Made by a program: the position numbers and the translations under genes. From Candidatus Poribacteria bacterium (lineage in GTDB: Bacteria; Poribacteria; WGA-4E; PCPOR2b): a DNA stretch of 64,000 nucleotides. The stretch spans positions 3,680,001 to 3,744,000 of the forward strand of contig OZ244587.1 of NCBI GenBank assembly GCA_965218095.1, given 5' to 3'. Numbering within the stretch: position 1 is the stretch's first letter; each line of letters begins with the position of its first letter. Below are positions 50,631 to 60,171 of this stretch, one piece after another. The notes beneath the pieces were generated by a model. The model did no database searches. It was not told the DNA's origin and saw nothing but the letters and a program-made list of their open reading frames with translations.

Positions 50631-51063
50631 TTGGACATGTTTGTGAATCAACGTGTGGCAAAAGAAAATCCCCGTACGAAGCAGGGGTTATCTTGGAAAA
50701 CGAGACCTTTTCCCCATAAAGTCCACCTCAGAAATCTGACATTTCGCCGTGTAGCAGATTTCTCGATTCTGTCCAAAAGCGAAAAAGCACCGACAACGTG
50801 AATTTTTGCCGATGCTCATTTCTCGTTTCAATCCTTAGCGAATTCTGAATAGACGATACTACAGCACAATTACAAAAAATTGGAAACAAAAAATGCCCGG
50901 TAACTTATCCGGTCGTTTTTCGGCATTTTCGCCGGCGAACAAAAACACTTTACCAGTCGCAGAGCCAACTCACCTCTTGAGACTGAAAGAAAAGCGGGTC
51001 CGATAACGAATTCGAGTGTCCATCCGAAAAGTTGTGCCACACCTCAATTACAAACGTGTCCAA
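50631..51063. mobile_element. MITE-like element with ~29-bp imperfect IRs
   Basis: ttggacatgtttgtgaatcaacgtgtggca ... tgccacacctcaattacaaacgtgtccaa; no internal ORF in the track. Confidence 0.6.
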
Positions 51064-51122
51064 ATTTAGATGTAATAGCTCACTCGTTTGATGCCATTTG
51101 TTTGCTTGTTTGGTCACACCAA

Positions 51123-53456
51123 CTATTTCAGAAGAATCATCTTTTTCGATGTCTGAAAATCACCCGTTCTCAGGTGGTAGAAATAGAGCCCGCTACTTAC
51201 CAATTCACCGGTGTCACTCCGTCCGTCCCAATAAGCTGCTTTATCCTTTGTGCGATACAAACCCGCAGGTTGAGTCCCTAATACCAACCTGCGAATACGA
51301 CGTCCATCAACGTTGTAGATTGCGATCTCTATGTTTGCATCAGCAGCAAGGTCGTAGGGCATCCACGTCTCCGGGTTGAACGGATTCGGATAGTTTGGTA
51401 ACAGCTCTGTTTCGGTGACGATTGGATTTGCATTTACCAGCCATGCACAGAGAAAGTCGATAGCAATCCCGGCGCCACGTGGGAGATCGACCATAACTTC
51501 CAACTCGGCAAGCGCATGATGAATCTGTTTGTGGTTCGCTGCAGGTAGACGCATCGCTTCCCCCACATTGAATGAAGACGGTGCAGCTACCGCGATGCTT
51601 TCATCGAAATGGGAGCCAACGATTACGAGATCGAACACATTCACCACACCATCGCCGTTGACATCACCGCTCTGATTGTCGCCACGCTGTCCAAATTGTA
51701 ATCCGACAAGCACAAGATCGAAGATATTGACAACGCCGTCTGCATTGATATCTCCAATCAACTGATCTAGATCGTTTGTCAGATTGAGAGCGATGAATCG
51801 TGGGTGAGGAATTCCAGTGACAAGAACTTCGACGCCGGTGCCATCAAGGTTCGCCCGCTGGATTTCCCCTGTGTTAAAGTCAGTCCAGTAGATTTTGCCC
51901 TCGACCCCATCCACCGCGATGCCCTCTGGACTACTTACCCCCGTGGTGACGAGATCTTCGACATGACTCCCATCGAGGTTCGCCCGCTGGATTTTCTCCG
52001 TACCAGAGTCGGTCCAGTAGATTTTGCCCCCGACCCCATCGACGACAATGCCGAGTGGAGAAAACAACTCCGTGGTGACGAGATCTTCGACATGACTCCC
52101 ATCGAGGTTCGCCCGCTGGATTTTCTCCGTACCAGAGTCGGTCCAATAGATTTTGCCCCCGACTCCATCCACGGCAATGTCTCGTGGAACATCCAACTCC
52201 GTGGTGACGAGATCTTCGACATGACTCCCATTGAGGTTCGCCCGCTGGATTTTGGCAGTGCTAGAGTCGGTCCAGTAGATTTTGCCCCCGACTCCATCCA
52301 CGGCAATGCCGAGTGGAAAAATTAACCCCGTGGTGACGAGATCTTCGACGTGACTCCCATCGAAGTTCGCCCGCTGGATTTTGGCAGTGCTAGAGTCGGT
52401 CCAATAGATTTTGCCCCCGACTCCATCCACGGCAATGCCTTGTGGAAAAATTAATCCCGTGGTGACGAGATCTTCGACGTGACTCCCATCGAGGTTCGCC
52501 CGCTGGATTTTGGCAGTGCTAGAATCGGTCCAGTAGATTTTGCCCCCGACTCCATCCACGGCAATGCCTTGTGGAAAAATTAATCCCGTGGTGACGAGAT
52601 CTTCGACATGACTCCCATCGAGATTTGCCCGCTGAATTCTGTCGGTGATAAAATCGGTCCAGTAGATTTTGCCCCCAACTCCATCCACGGCAATACCGAA
52701 TGGATGACTCACCTCCGCGGTGACAAGATCTTCGACGTGACTCCCATTGAGATTCGCCCGCTGGATTTTGTCGGTGATAAAATCGGTCCAGTAGATTTTG
52801 CCCCCGACCCCATCCACGACAATGCTAAGTGGAGAAAACACCCCCGTGGTGACGAGATCTTCGACGCCAGTGCCATCAAGGTTCGCCCGCTGGATTTTGG
52901 CAGTGCTAGAGTCGGTCCAGTAGATTTTGCCCCCGACTCCATCCACGGCAATGCCGCGTGGACTCCCCAATCCATCATTGCGAGTGATGATAACCTCGAC
53001 GTGACTCCCATTGAGGTTCGCCCGCTGGATTTTGGCAGTGCTAGAGTCGGTCCAGTAGATTTTGCCCCCGACTCCATCCACGGCAATGCCGCGTGGACTC
53101 CCCAATCCATCATTGCGAGTGATGATAACCTCGACGTGACTCCCATTGAGGTCCGCACGTTGGATTGTACTCAAGTCAAGGTCCGTCCAGTAGATTTTGC
53201 TCCTACTCTCATCAACAGCCATATAACTAGGAGCTCGGACCCGGAGGAGTGTTTCTATGTTTTCGCCACTTGTCTCTGCATGGTCGATACCCTGGTCATG
53301 TGTCCAGTACATCTTCGCTGCCTGTGCGTGTCCCACTGAGTTGTTCAACAGCAGCAGAAAAAAGGCGGTTAGCACAATGAGTCTTAGGTTCCGATTCCTA
53401 CAACTGCAACATTTTCTTGACCAATACACGATTATCGGAAAATGTGACCGTTTCAT
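51123..53456 (-). CDS. Secreted LDL-receptor class B (YWTD) repeat protein with dockerin-like and T9SS-type-A/FlgD-like C-terminal domains
   Basis: 11 KIYWTD repeats plus one degenerate; GDINADGVVNIFDL-type motif twice; NYPNPFNPETW...KKMILLK. Confidence 0.92.
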   Translation of the reverse strand: MKRSHFPIIVYWSRKCCSCRNRNLRLIVLTAFFLLLLNNSVGHAQAAKMYWTHDQGIDHAETSGENIETLLRVRAPSYMAVDESRSKIYWTDLDLSTIQRADLNGSHVEVIITRNDGLGSPRGIAVDGVGGKIYWTDSSTAKIQRANLNGSHVEVIITRNDGLGSPRGIAVDGVGGKIYWTDSSTAKIQRANLDGTGVEDLVTTGVFSPLSIVVDGVGGKIYWTDFITDKIQRANLNGSHVEDLVTAEVSHPFGIAVDGVGGKIYWTDFITDRIQRANLDGSHVEDLVTTGLIFPQGIAVDGVGGKIYWTDSSTAKIQRANLDGSHVEDLVTTGLIFPQGIAVDGVGGKIYWTDSSTAKIQRANFDGSHVEDLVTTGLIFPLGIAVDGVGGKIYWTDSSTAKIQRANLNGSHVEDLVTTELDVPRDIAVDGVGGKIYWTDSGTEKIQRANLDGSHVEDLVTTELFSPLGIVVDGVGGKIYWTDSGTEKIQRANLDGSHVEDLVTTGVSSPEGIAVDGVEGKIYWTDFNTGEIQRANLDGTGVEVLVTGIPHPRFIALNLTNDLDQLIGDINADGVVNIFDLVLVGLQFGQRGDNQSGDVNGDGVVNVFDLVIVGSHFDESIAVAAPSSFNVGEAMRLPAANHKQIHHALAELEVMVDLPRGAGIAIDFLCAWLVNANPIVTETELLPNYPNPFNPETWMPYDLAADANIEIAIYNVDGRRIRRLVLGTQPAGLYRTKDKAAYWDGRSDTGELVSSGLYFYHLRTGDFQTSKKMILLK

Positions 53457-53605
53457 GAATCAAAATCGTTACCAATCGGTTTTGTATACCCGGGCATCGA
53501 TTGCGTTTTTTGAAACGCAATCTGTTCAGTTCGTGCTGGAATGGAAGCCAAAAGCTCAATTTGTGACCATGCAAGGTATAGCCAAAAAACACTCAATGTA
53601 AGTAT

Positions 53606-53756
53606 ACCCAAGTTGCTACCTATCGAAAAAGAATCGAAGCTGATGTAGCAAACCGTCATATAACAGCGAATAGAAAAAGGATTGGACAAAAAACTCGATA
53701 AATCCCGTGATTCGTTGTCATATTTTCAACCTTCTGTTGAGGGTAGCAACTTGAGT
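53606..53756. mobile_element. IS982-type MITE
   Basis: acccaagttgctacc ... ggtagcaacttgagt; same terminus as the IS982 at 8161. Confidence 0.75.
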
Positions 53757-53767
53757 TAAATAGCAGT

Positions 53768-53894
53768 GACTTCAGGGAAAACCAGCAAAAGAAAAGCCTC
53801 CTGATGCCGAAGAGTGTGTCTATCCAATCAGGAGCATCGGGAGGCGAATGATATATCTCTAAGAATGTCGTCCCTGCGGATTAAAGGATCATCC
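53768..53894 (-). terminator. Conserved 3' element / long-stem terminator after LamG gene 1
   Basis: Minus strand gcctcccgatgc...gcatcaggaggc-ttttctttt; homologous copies at 55045 and 57303. Confidence 0.7.
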
Positions 53895-54713
53895 TCAGGG
53901 ACTTTGTTTTAGATTTCCCCATGTCGTAGCAAGCTTTCCTTGGGGGTCAACGCCAAGAAACACATCTATACCAAGCATAATCTCATTGATATCTTGCTCG
54001 GTGAAGGTTCCTCTCCAAATCATGACCTCGTCGATGGTGCCTTGGAACGGCTCTGCAAACTGATCAAAACCACCAATAGTGATAGGGCCGGCGGACCCTT
54101 TGGCCTTTAATGCCCCGTCGCCTGCAGTCCATTTCATTTTTTGTAGTTTCCCATTTATATAGAATTTTAACGCGCCAGCCTTCCCAAAAGTATTGGTGAC
54201 AGCAACATGCATCCACTTCTCCAAAACTACACCTGTACCGCCTAGCGATCGCGCACGGTGCTGATCCCCGTTGTCACTCCAATAGAATTGGAGGTCCCTA
54301 CCACCATTCGGACTCCATAGAGTCATTGCGTAATTTATGGCATTTCCCTGGCGATTAAAGATAATCCCGCGATTAGCTCCAGGTCTTGCAGCATCGACAT
54401 TAACCCAGGCCATGAGCGTGATTTCTGCCTCACCCTCAAAGGCAAAGACTGGGTCCTTTTTGGTCCGGACCATACCCTCAGGCCCCGGGTTATGGAGAAA
54501 ATACACGGCTTTTCCAATTTGCCCATCGACTCGCTTCCAATTTCCAACTAACTCGCCGTTAGCTTCGGTGTCAGACTTGTCCTTCACCACCTTTCCTACG
54601 TCTTCGTCGAAGGGAAAATACAGGAGCAGCTCCAATTCACCACGAATTTTCCCCTGGACCAGGGACGGTAGAAGGAGCAAAAGGACACCTATTATAAGCA
54701 CCAATGCTTTCAT
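53895..54713 (-). CDS. Secreted LamG (concanavalin A-like) domain protein
   Basis: YFPFDE, KWMHVAVT, FYING, FQGTIDEV; ends VDPQGKLATTWGNLK. Confidence 0.9.
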   Translation of the reverse strand: MKALVLIIGVLLLLLPSLVQGKIRGELELLLYFPFDEDVGKVVKDKSDTEANGELVGNWKRVDGQIGKAVYFLHNPGPEGMVRTKKDPVFAFEGEAEITLMAWVNVDAARPGANRGIIFNRQGNAINYAMTLWSPNGGRDLQFYWSDNGDQHRARSLGGTGVVLEKWMHVAVTNTFGKAGALKFYINGKLQKMKWTAGDGALKAKGSAGPITIGGFDQFAEPFQGTIDEVMIWRGTFTEQDINEIMLGIDVFLGVDPQGKLATTWGNLKQSP

Positions 54714-55044
54714 TTTCGTTTCTCCTTTCAGGCAACCAATTATTAAGAAACTATTTCAAGGCCGTAGTGATCAAGAAGATGGTAGACACCAGGGCATGTT
54801 GACATATTCGAAAGAATTCACTTATTATCTCACTCTGCTCAATCGGGGCCCCCGATGGATCGGGACCAACAGGAGCATCAATAATTTGTCAACACGCCCT
54901 AATCATTCTTAATGGTTGCCAACCCCGTCTAACCGCCCTTCGTAAGGGAGTTAGAGGAGATTGGCAATACAAAATTCCGTGTCGCTATGTCAATTATCCT
55001 GTTGACCATGACACAAATTAAAAAAACACTAAATGTACGACACC

Positions 55045-55195
55045 GACTTCAGCAAAAACCTGCAAAAGAAAAACCTCCCCGATAAAATCGGGATTTTCAA
55101 TCTGATGCCAGTAGGAAAGTGTTCCCCTATTCAATTAGGAACATCAAAAGGTGAATTAGGTATTGCTAAAGATGTCGTCATTGCGGCTTAACGGA
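55045..55195 (-). terminator. Conserved 3' element after LamG gene 2, with a 24-nt insertion
   Basis: Aligns with 53768-53894 apart from cccgataaaatcgggattttcaat. Confidence 0.65.
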
Positions 55196-56092
55196 TCATC
55201 GACGACCGCGTTTTAGGGCACCCCATGACGTAGCAAGCTTCCCTTGGGGGTCAACGGAAAGGAACTCAATTGTCGGCGCCTGCGCAATCTCTTTGAGTTC
55301 ATCCGTCGTGAAGATCCCTCTCCAGATCGAGACATCGTCGATCCTGCCGCGGAAGTCTCTGGCGCCTGGCCGCCACCCACGCGCGGCAATATGGACAGGG
55401 CCGTCGCTTTCGAAAGCCTTAAACTTCCCGTTGCCATGACTAAACGCCACTGGAAGTTCTTCCCCATTCAGATAGACTTTCTGCGTTTCAGGATCTCCGG
55501 GGGTATTGGTGCCAGCAACATGGTGCCACTCTCTTAAAGGTACGCCATCTACTGGCTCTCTCGATGTAACACGATGCCAGTCTGCATCCGCCGCGTCTCG
55601 ATAAAACAAAGCGACGTCGCCGGCCTTATCACCCACCTCTGCCCGCTGCTCAATTCGAAAACCATAATTAGCCTGGGTTCCTTGCCCGTCAGGCCAATTA
55701 TAGACAATCGCATTATCATGATTATCCCACTGGTCCCCATAGATCCAAGCCATGATGGTGATTGGGTCATTTGAGGGAAAAGCCAGACGCTCGTTCTCTC
55801 GACTAGAGACATGATCCCCTTCACGCACCAACTTGTCATCATCTTTATTTATTCCATCATGGTTGAACCGCAAGGATTTTCCAAATTTCCCTTCGACCCA
55901 CTCAGGTGATCCGATTATCTTGCCGTCTGCTTCGGTTTCAGACTTATCTTCCACCGTCCTGCCGCTGCCTTCGTCAAAAGGGTAATACAGGACTAGTTCC
56001 AATCCAGGTCGAATTTTCCCCTGGACCAGGGAGGGTGGTAAAACAAGCAGAAGAACACCGACTATAAGCAGGACGGATATTCTTATTTTCAT
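55196..56092 (-). CDS. Secreted LamG domain protein
   Basis: YYPFDEG, EWHHVAGT, VYLNG, FRGRIDDV; ends VDPQGKLATSWGALK. Confidence 0.9.
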   Translation of the reverse strand: MKIRISVLLIVGVLLLVLPPSLVQGKIRPGLELVLYYPFDEGSGRTVEDKSETEADGKIIGSPEWVEGKFGKSLRFNHDGINKDDDKLVREGDHVSSRENERLAFPSNDPITIMAWIYGDQWDNHDNAIVYNWPDGQGTQANYGFRIEQRAEVGDKAGDVALFYRDAADADWHRVTSREPVDGVPLREWHHVAGTNTPGDPETQKVYLNGEELPVAFSHGNGKFKAFESDGPVHIAARGWRPGARDFRGRIDDVSIWRGIFTTDELKEIAQAPTIEFLSVDPQGKLATSWGALKRGRR

Positions 56093-56237
56093 TTTTGCTC
56101 CTCCTTATCGGGTAACTATATCAGGTAACTATCCAAAATTTTGAACACTTTCCTACTGTACGTATATCCCATATTCCGCACCCCATGAATACTGGAAATG
56201 CCGGAAACCCCAAAAACAGGCGCGGAATGTAAAATAT

Positions 56238-56266
56238 ATTATAACTTTTTTTTTTTTCTTTGTCAA
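56238..56266 (-). promoter_or_regulatory. Sigma70 promoter for LamG gene 2 with a 12-nt homopolymer in the spacer
   Basis: TTGACA-17-TATAAT on the minus strand; T12 at 56246-56257. Confidence 0.8.
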
Positions 56267-56282
56267 CAAAACTTAATCTCTA

Positions 56283-56311
56283 TTGACAAAATTCACCGGG
56301 GGTGTTAATAT
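56283..56311 (+). promoter_or_regulatory. Sigma70-like promoter, duplicate of the one at 58073
   Basis: TTGACA-17-TAATAT with extended TG. Confidence 0.6.
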
Positions 56312-56403
56312 CACTAAACTCCGTTTCTGAATAAAAATGCAGCATTAGAGCGGAAGGAAAAGATTATGCTTGATTATCAATCAGAATTGGTATCGAACTC
56401 ACG

Positions 56404-57285
56404 TTAGTGTACGGTTACACCAACTTCCCGTGCCACATGCCGGATATATTGCTGACCTGAAATGGTGTCTTCGTATGGAAAGTGCTCCACATACAGCGTA
56501 ACATCGTGTGCTAACTCATCCAGCCGTCTAAGGATTGTCGCATAGTCCATAACACCGGATTCAAAACGATGATCCGTTTCCCTTGCTCCCGGAACCGCTT
56601 CGTCTACGTGAACCACTGATAAATACCCGCTTTCGTTCTGCTTCACCGCGGACATCGCCAGATCTTTCGCGTGGAGTGCGGTGATTTTATCACCCAACTC
56701 ATCGAAGATTTGATTCACCAACTCCGTTGTTCTATAGAACAGGTGGGGCCATGTCAGGTTTACGCAATCCATCAGCGCTTTCAGTCGGGGTGAGGGGACC
56801 GCCTCAAAAAGCTCTTTATACCGCTCCACAGAACAGAGCGGACTCATAATATGGGGGTGCGCAGCAACGTCCATATTCGCCGCTTCTGCCTCCTTGACCA
56901 AATCCTCTGCAGCAGCGAGACATCGCCCCCATGCTTCCTCAGACCACATTTGGGGCGTGCATCTGTACGTTAATCCGACATTAAATCCGACGCAGTGCGC
57001 GCCTAAGATCCGAGCGTGGCGCAGTTGACGGCGATAGTGTTCGATGGCTGACTGATATTCGTCTTCATCCGCTGCGCCAAACCCGCTGTGGAAGCCACTA
57101 AACTCACCCCGCCGGATGCCATGATCGTCGAGGAACTTCCTTGCCTCCTCAACATCCGCATCGCTCCAGTCGGCGGGTGTACTCATGGAGACAGTTTTCA
57201 CCTCCATGATTCCGACTTTGCGGAGAAACGCCGCCCGCTCTTCTGCTGTCTTTCCCGGGTGTATTCCCGGACTCATCAAAATCAT
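56404..57285 (-). CDS. Sugar-phosphate isomerase/epimerase family protein, close paralog of 43462-44319
   Basis: Near-identical termini; insertion ARETDHRFES replacing T. Confidence 0.85.
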   Translation of the reverse strand: MILMSPGIHPGKTAEERAAFLRKVGIMEVKTVSMSTPADWSDADVEEARKFLDDHGIRRGEFSGFHSGFGAADEDEYQSAIEHYRRQLRHARILGAHCVGFNVGLTYRCTPQMWSEEAWGRCLAAAEDLVKEAEAANMDVAAHPHIMSPLCSVERYKELFEAVPSPRLKALMDCVNLTWPHLFYRTTELVNQIFDELGDKITALHAKDLAMSAVKQNESGYLSVVHVDEAVPGARETDHRFESGVMDYATILRRLDELAHDVTLYVEHFPYEDTISGQQYIRHVAREVGVTVH

Positions 57286-57302
57286 TTGAACCTCCCCATC
57301 CG

Positions 57303-57417
57303 TAAAAGAAAAGCCCCCTGATGCCGATAGGAACGTGTGTCTATTCAATCGTGAGTATCAAGAGGCAAATGATGTATCTCTACAATGTGGTCATTGCAGA
57401 TTCAGGAACTATTCTCC
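57303..57417 (-). terminator. Conserved 3' element after the LamG remnant
   Basis: Aligns with the copies at 53768 and 55045. Confidence 0.65.
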
Positions 57418-57880
57418 TCACCGATTTCGTTTTATGGCGCCCCATTTTGTAGCGAGCTTTTTATGAGGCTCGACGCCGAGGAACTGGTCTCCAGGCGCCT
57501 GCATAATCGTTTGGATTTCCTCCTCCGTGAAGGCAACCTTCCAGATCATGACCTCGTCGATGGCGCCCTGGAATGGTTCGCTAAACATCCCGTATCCGCC
57601 AATCGTGATGGGACCGTTGGCGGGCATGGGTGCTTTTGTTCCGTCGCCTTTAGACCAGCCCTTCGCTTCATGACTTTTATTAATGCCTCCATCTCGGCTC
57701 GATTTTTGATCTTTCCCACTCAGATAGACTTTCATCGCTTCAGGATTCCCCAAAGTATTGGTGGCGGCAATATGGGTCCACTTATCTATCGGTACGGAGT
57801 CCCATATCCCTGTGACACGATGAAAATTGTTATCTTCCTTGTCACGATAAAATTGTTATCTTCCTTGTCACGATAAAAGA
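57418..57880 (-). pseudogene. 5'-truncated LamG domain gene
   Basis: FQGAIDEV...VEPHKKLATKWGAIK; upstream part disrupted by short tandem duplications; no signal peptide. Confidence 0.8.
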
Positions 57881-58072
57881 AAGATGGATCCACAGTCTTC
57901 AGACGAAGTGCGTAATTCGCCTTGTTTGCGTTAGGGCTATTATAGATAATTCCACATCAGATTATATCATAACACATCTCTCGTTTTTCTTCAAGACCAA
58001 AATCTCGTTTTTCTTCAAGACCAAAATTTTTTTCTCGTGGGGAATTTGTATATGTCAATCAGAACTTTTTTA

Positions 58073-58101
58073 TTGACAAGATTTTCCGGGAGTGTTAATA
58101 T
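58073..58101 (+). promoter_or_regulatory. Sigma70-like promoter for the ThDP enzyme gene
   Basis: TTGACA-17-TAATAT with extended TG, ~60 nt before the ATG. Confidence 0.7.
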
Positions 58102-58160
58102 CAGAAAAATACCAAATTTTGCAAGTTCCTGCTTCTACATAAAAAGGAGAGAAAGTTTCT

Positions 58161-59858
58161 ATGAAGGTAACAGGCTCACATCTCATTGCCCGGGCCTTGA
58201 GGGCAGAAGGAATAGAGAAGGTATTTGCACTGGCAGGCGACCACACCCTTCCTCTGATGGACTTTATGGCGGGGGAGGGGTTCCAGTTTATTGATACCCG
58301 GCACGAGCAGGCTGCGGTGGACATGGGTACTGCATGGGGGCGTATTACTGGCGTTCCCGGGGTGTGTATGTTCACAACGCCGGGACATGCGAATGCCATT
58401 CCGGGGCTCACACTAGCGAGGCACATGGAGTCGCCGCTGATTAACATCGCGGGTTGCGCGGAACAGAACCGGCTGGGGCAGGGCGCCTCGCAGGAAATTG
58501 ACCAGATCGGAATGGCAAAACCCGTCACCAAAGGGGCGTGGTTCATCTCCGATCCGTACCGCATTCCGGAGTTTTTTGCCCGGGCCTTCCGCACGGCCTT
58601 AACAGGTAGGCGCGGCCCCGCTCACCTGACTATCCCCCTGGACGTCCAGATAGCTGAGGTCGATGAGAGCAAGGTACGTTTCTACCCGCCCGAGGAATAC
58701 CGCCGCACGGGTCAGGTCCTGGGCGATCCGGAGCGTGTCAGAGAAGCAATCGAGTTGCTCCAGAGCGCCAAGCGTCCCATTGTGGTAGCGGGAAACGGTG
58801 CCTACTCGGTGAATCGAGAGGACTTGCAGCGTTTCTTAGAGGTGACTCATCTTCCGTTGTTCACTGAGATGGCGGCTCGTGGCATCGTTCCCGATACCCA
58901 CCCGTATTGCTTTGGATTGGCGGATGGGCGGGCAAATCCTGTCGCACGCGCTTTTTTGAAGGACGCAGACACGGTGCTGTTTCTGGGCAAGAAGCTGGAC
59001 GCCACCATCTCCTTCGGCGGACCTCCAACGCTAGATCCGGAGACGCGTATCATCCAGGTGGAACCTGCATCGGATCAGATTGGTCTCTCGCGGGGTGTGG
59101 CTGTCGCCATTTTAGGCGATGTCGGATCCGTAGTAAAGCAGTTGGCTCAAGAAGCGGAGGGGTATCAATGGGGAGAATTACCCATGCGCCGTGAGTTGGA
59201 ATCAGCTTGCAGTGCCCAGGAGCAAAATCTAGAAAGTATGGCTGCGGCGTCTACCTCTTTACACGCGATGTCCGTGCACAAGATTTTGCGCCCTCTCCTA
59301 AACGACAACTCTTGCGTGATTTTTGAGGGAAGCGACTTCTCCTTCTATGGAGTGCCCTATTACCCCAACACCCTCCCGAACCGCTGGTTCACCAATGGTA
59401 CGCTTGGAATGATCGGTTGGGGCGTCCCCTTTGGGTTGGGGGTTAAGGTTGCTCTCCCCCAATCGAAAGTGGTCGTCCTTACTGGAGATGGCGCTTTCGG
59501 GTTCAGCGGTATGGAGCTAGACACAGCCGTGAGGCACAATCTGCCTGTAGTTATCGTGGTGGGAAACGACAGCGTCTGGGGGATGGACTACCACCAGCAG
59601 GTGCAGCTCTACGGAAAAGCCGTGGCGACTGAGCTCCTCCCCTCACGTTATGATAAGATAGCGGAGGCACTGGGCGCCCATGGGGAATATGTGGAGGAGG
59701 CGCATCAACTGCCGGGCGCCCTAGAGCGTGCTCTTGCCGCGGAGGTGCCAGCGTTGGTGAATGTGCGCACCGAACCTTCCCCTAGCCCGCTGACAGAATA
59801 CATCATGGAACGGAAAAGAGCCGACGCTGGAAATAGCAATTCTCGGCGCCTAACTTGA
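58161..59858 (+). CDS. Thiamine pyrophosphate-binding enzyme (acetolactate synthase / 2-hydroxyacyl-CoA lyase-like)
   Basis: TRHEQAA, GDGAFG...GND motif. Confidence 0.9.
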   Translation: MKVTGSHLIARALRAEGIEKVFALAGDHTLPLMDFMAGEGFQFIDTRHEQAAVDMGTAWGRITGVPGVCMFTTPGHANAIPGLTLARHMESPLINIAGCAEQNRLGQGASQEIDQIGMAKPVTKGAWFISDPYRIPEFFARAFRTALTGRRGPAHLTIPLDVQIAEVDESKVRFYPPEEYRRTGQVLGDPERVREAIELLQSAKRPIVVAGNGAYSVNREDLQRFLEVTHLPLFTEMAARGIVPDTHPYCFGLADGRANPVARAFLKDADTVLFLGKKLDATISFGGPPTLDPETRIIQVEPASDQIGLSRGVAVAILGDVGSVVKQLAQEAEGYQWGELPMRRELESACSAQEQNLESMAAASTSLHAMSVHKILRPLLNDNSCVIFEGSDFSFYGVPYYPNTLPNRWFTNGTLGMIGWGVPFGLGVKVALPQSKVVVLTGDGAFGFSGMELDTAVRHNLPVVIVVGNDSVWGMDYHQQVQLYGKAVATELLPSRYDKIAEALGAHGEYVEEAHQLPGALERALAAEVPALVNVRTEPSPSPLTEYIMERKRADAGNSNSRRLT

Positions 59859-59868
59859 CTTTAAGGTA

Positions 59869-60170
59869 GTATGCCGCGCAAGCGGTGAGTAGAAGCACCA
59901 GTATAACGGGTCAGGATTGTTAGAATATCCTGTATGCACCTGTGTTAAGCTTATAGCGATAGATTGAGAGTCCGAAAGGACAAGCTGAACTTAGCAGTGC
60001 GTCATGCAAGGTGATCAGCGTAAAACGGTGAGCACGGGTGGATTTCCACAAGCCCAAGTCCTAACGGATTCAGTCAAGTCGGTAGCGTATGGATCCTCCT
60101 GGAATCGGACCAGAAGTGAGGTGATAGCTCACTTCTGGCTTATGGCACGCAACACCAGAGAGTACATTTT
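59869..60170 (+). ncRNA. Group II intron 5' remnant (domain I only)
   Basis: GTATG start; cc.agtcct...cggtagcgt...ccagaa...ttctggctt landmarks collinear with the intron at 36068; no domain V found. Confidence 0.7.
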
Positions 60171-60171
60171 G

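Noticed and set aside
51780-53220. Regular ~129-135 bp DNA repeats resembling an array
   Set aside because: They are coding YWTD blades with no repeat-spacer structure; no CRISPR array or cas gene was seen in the window
53895-57880. Diversity-generating retroelement acting on the LamG genes
   Set aside because: No RT and no template/variable repeat pair differing only at adenines
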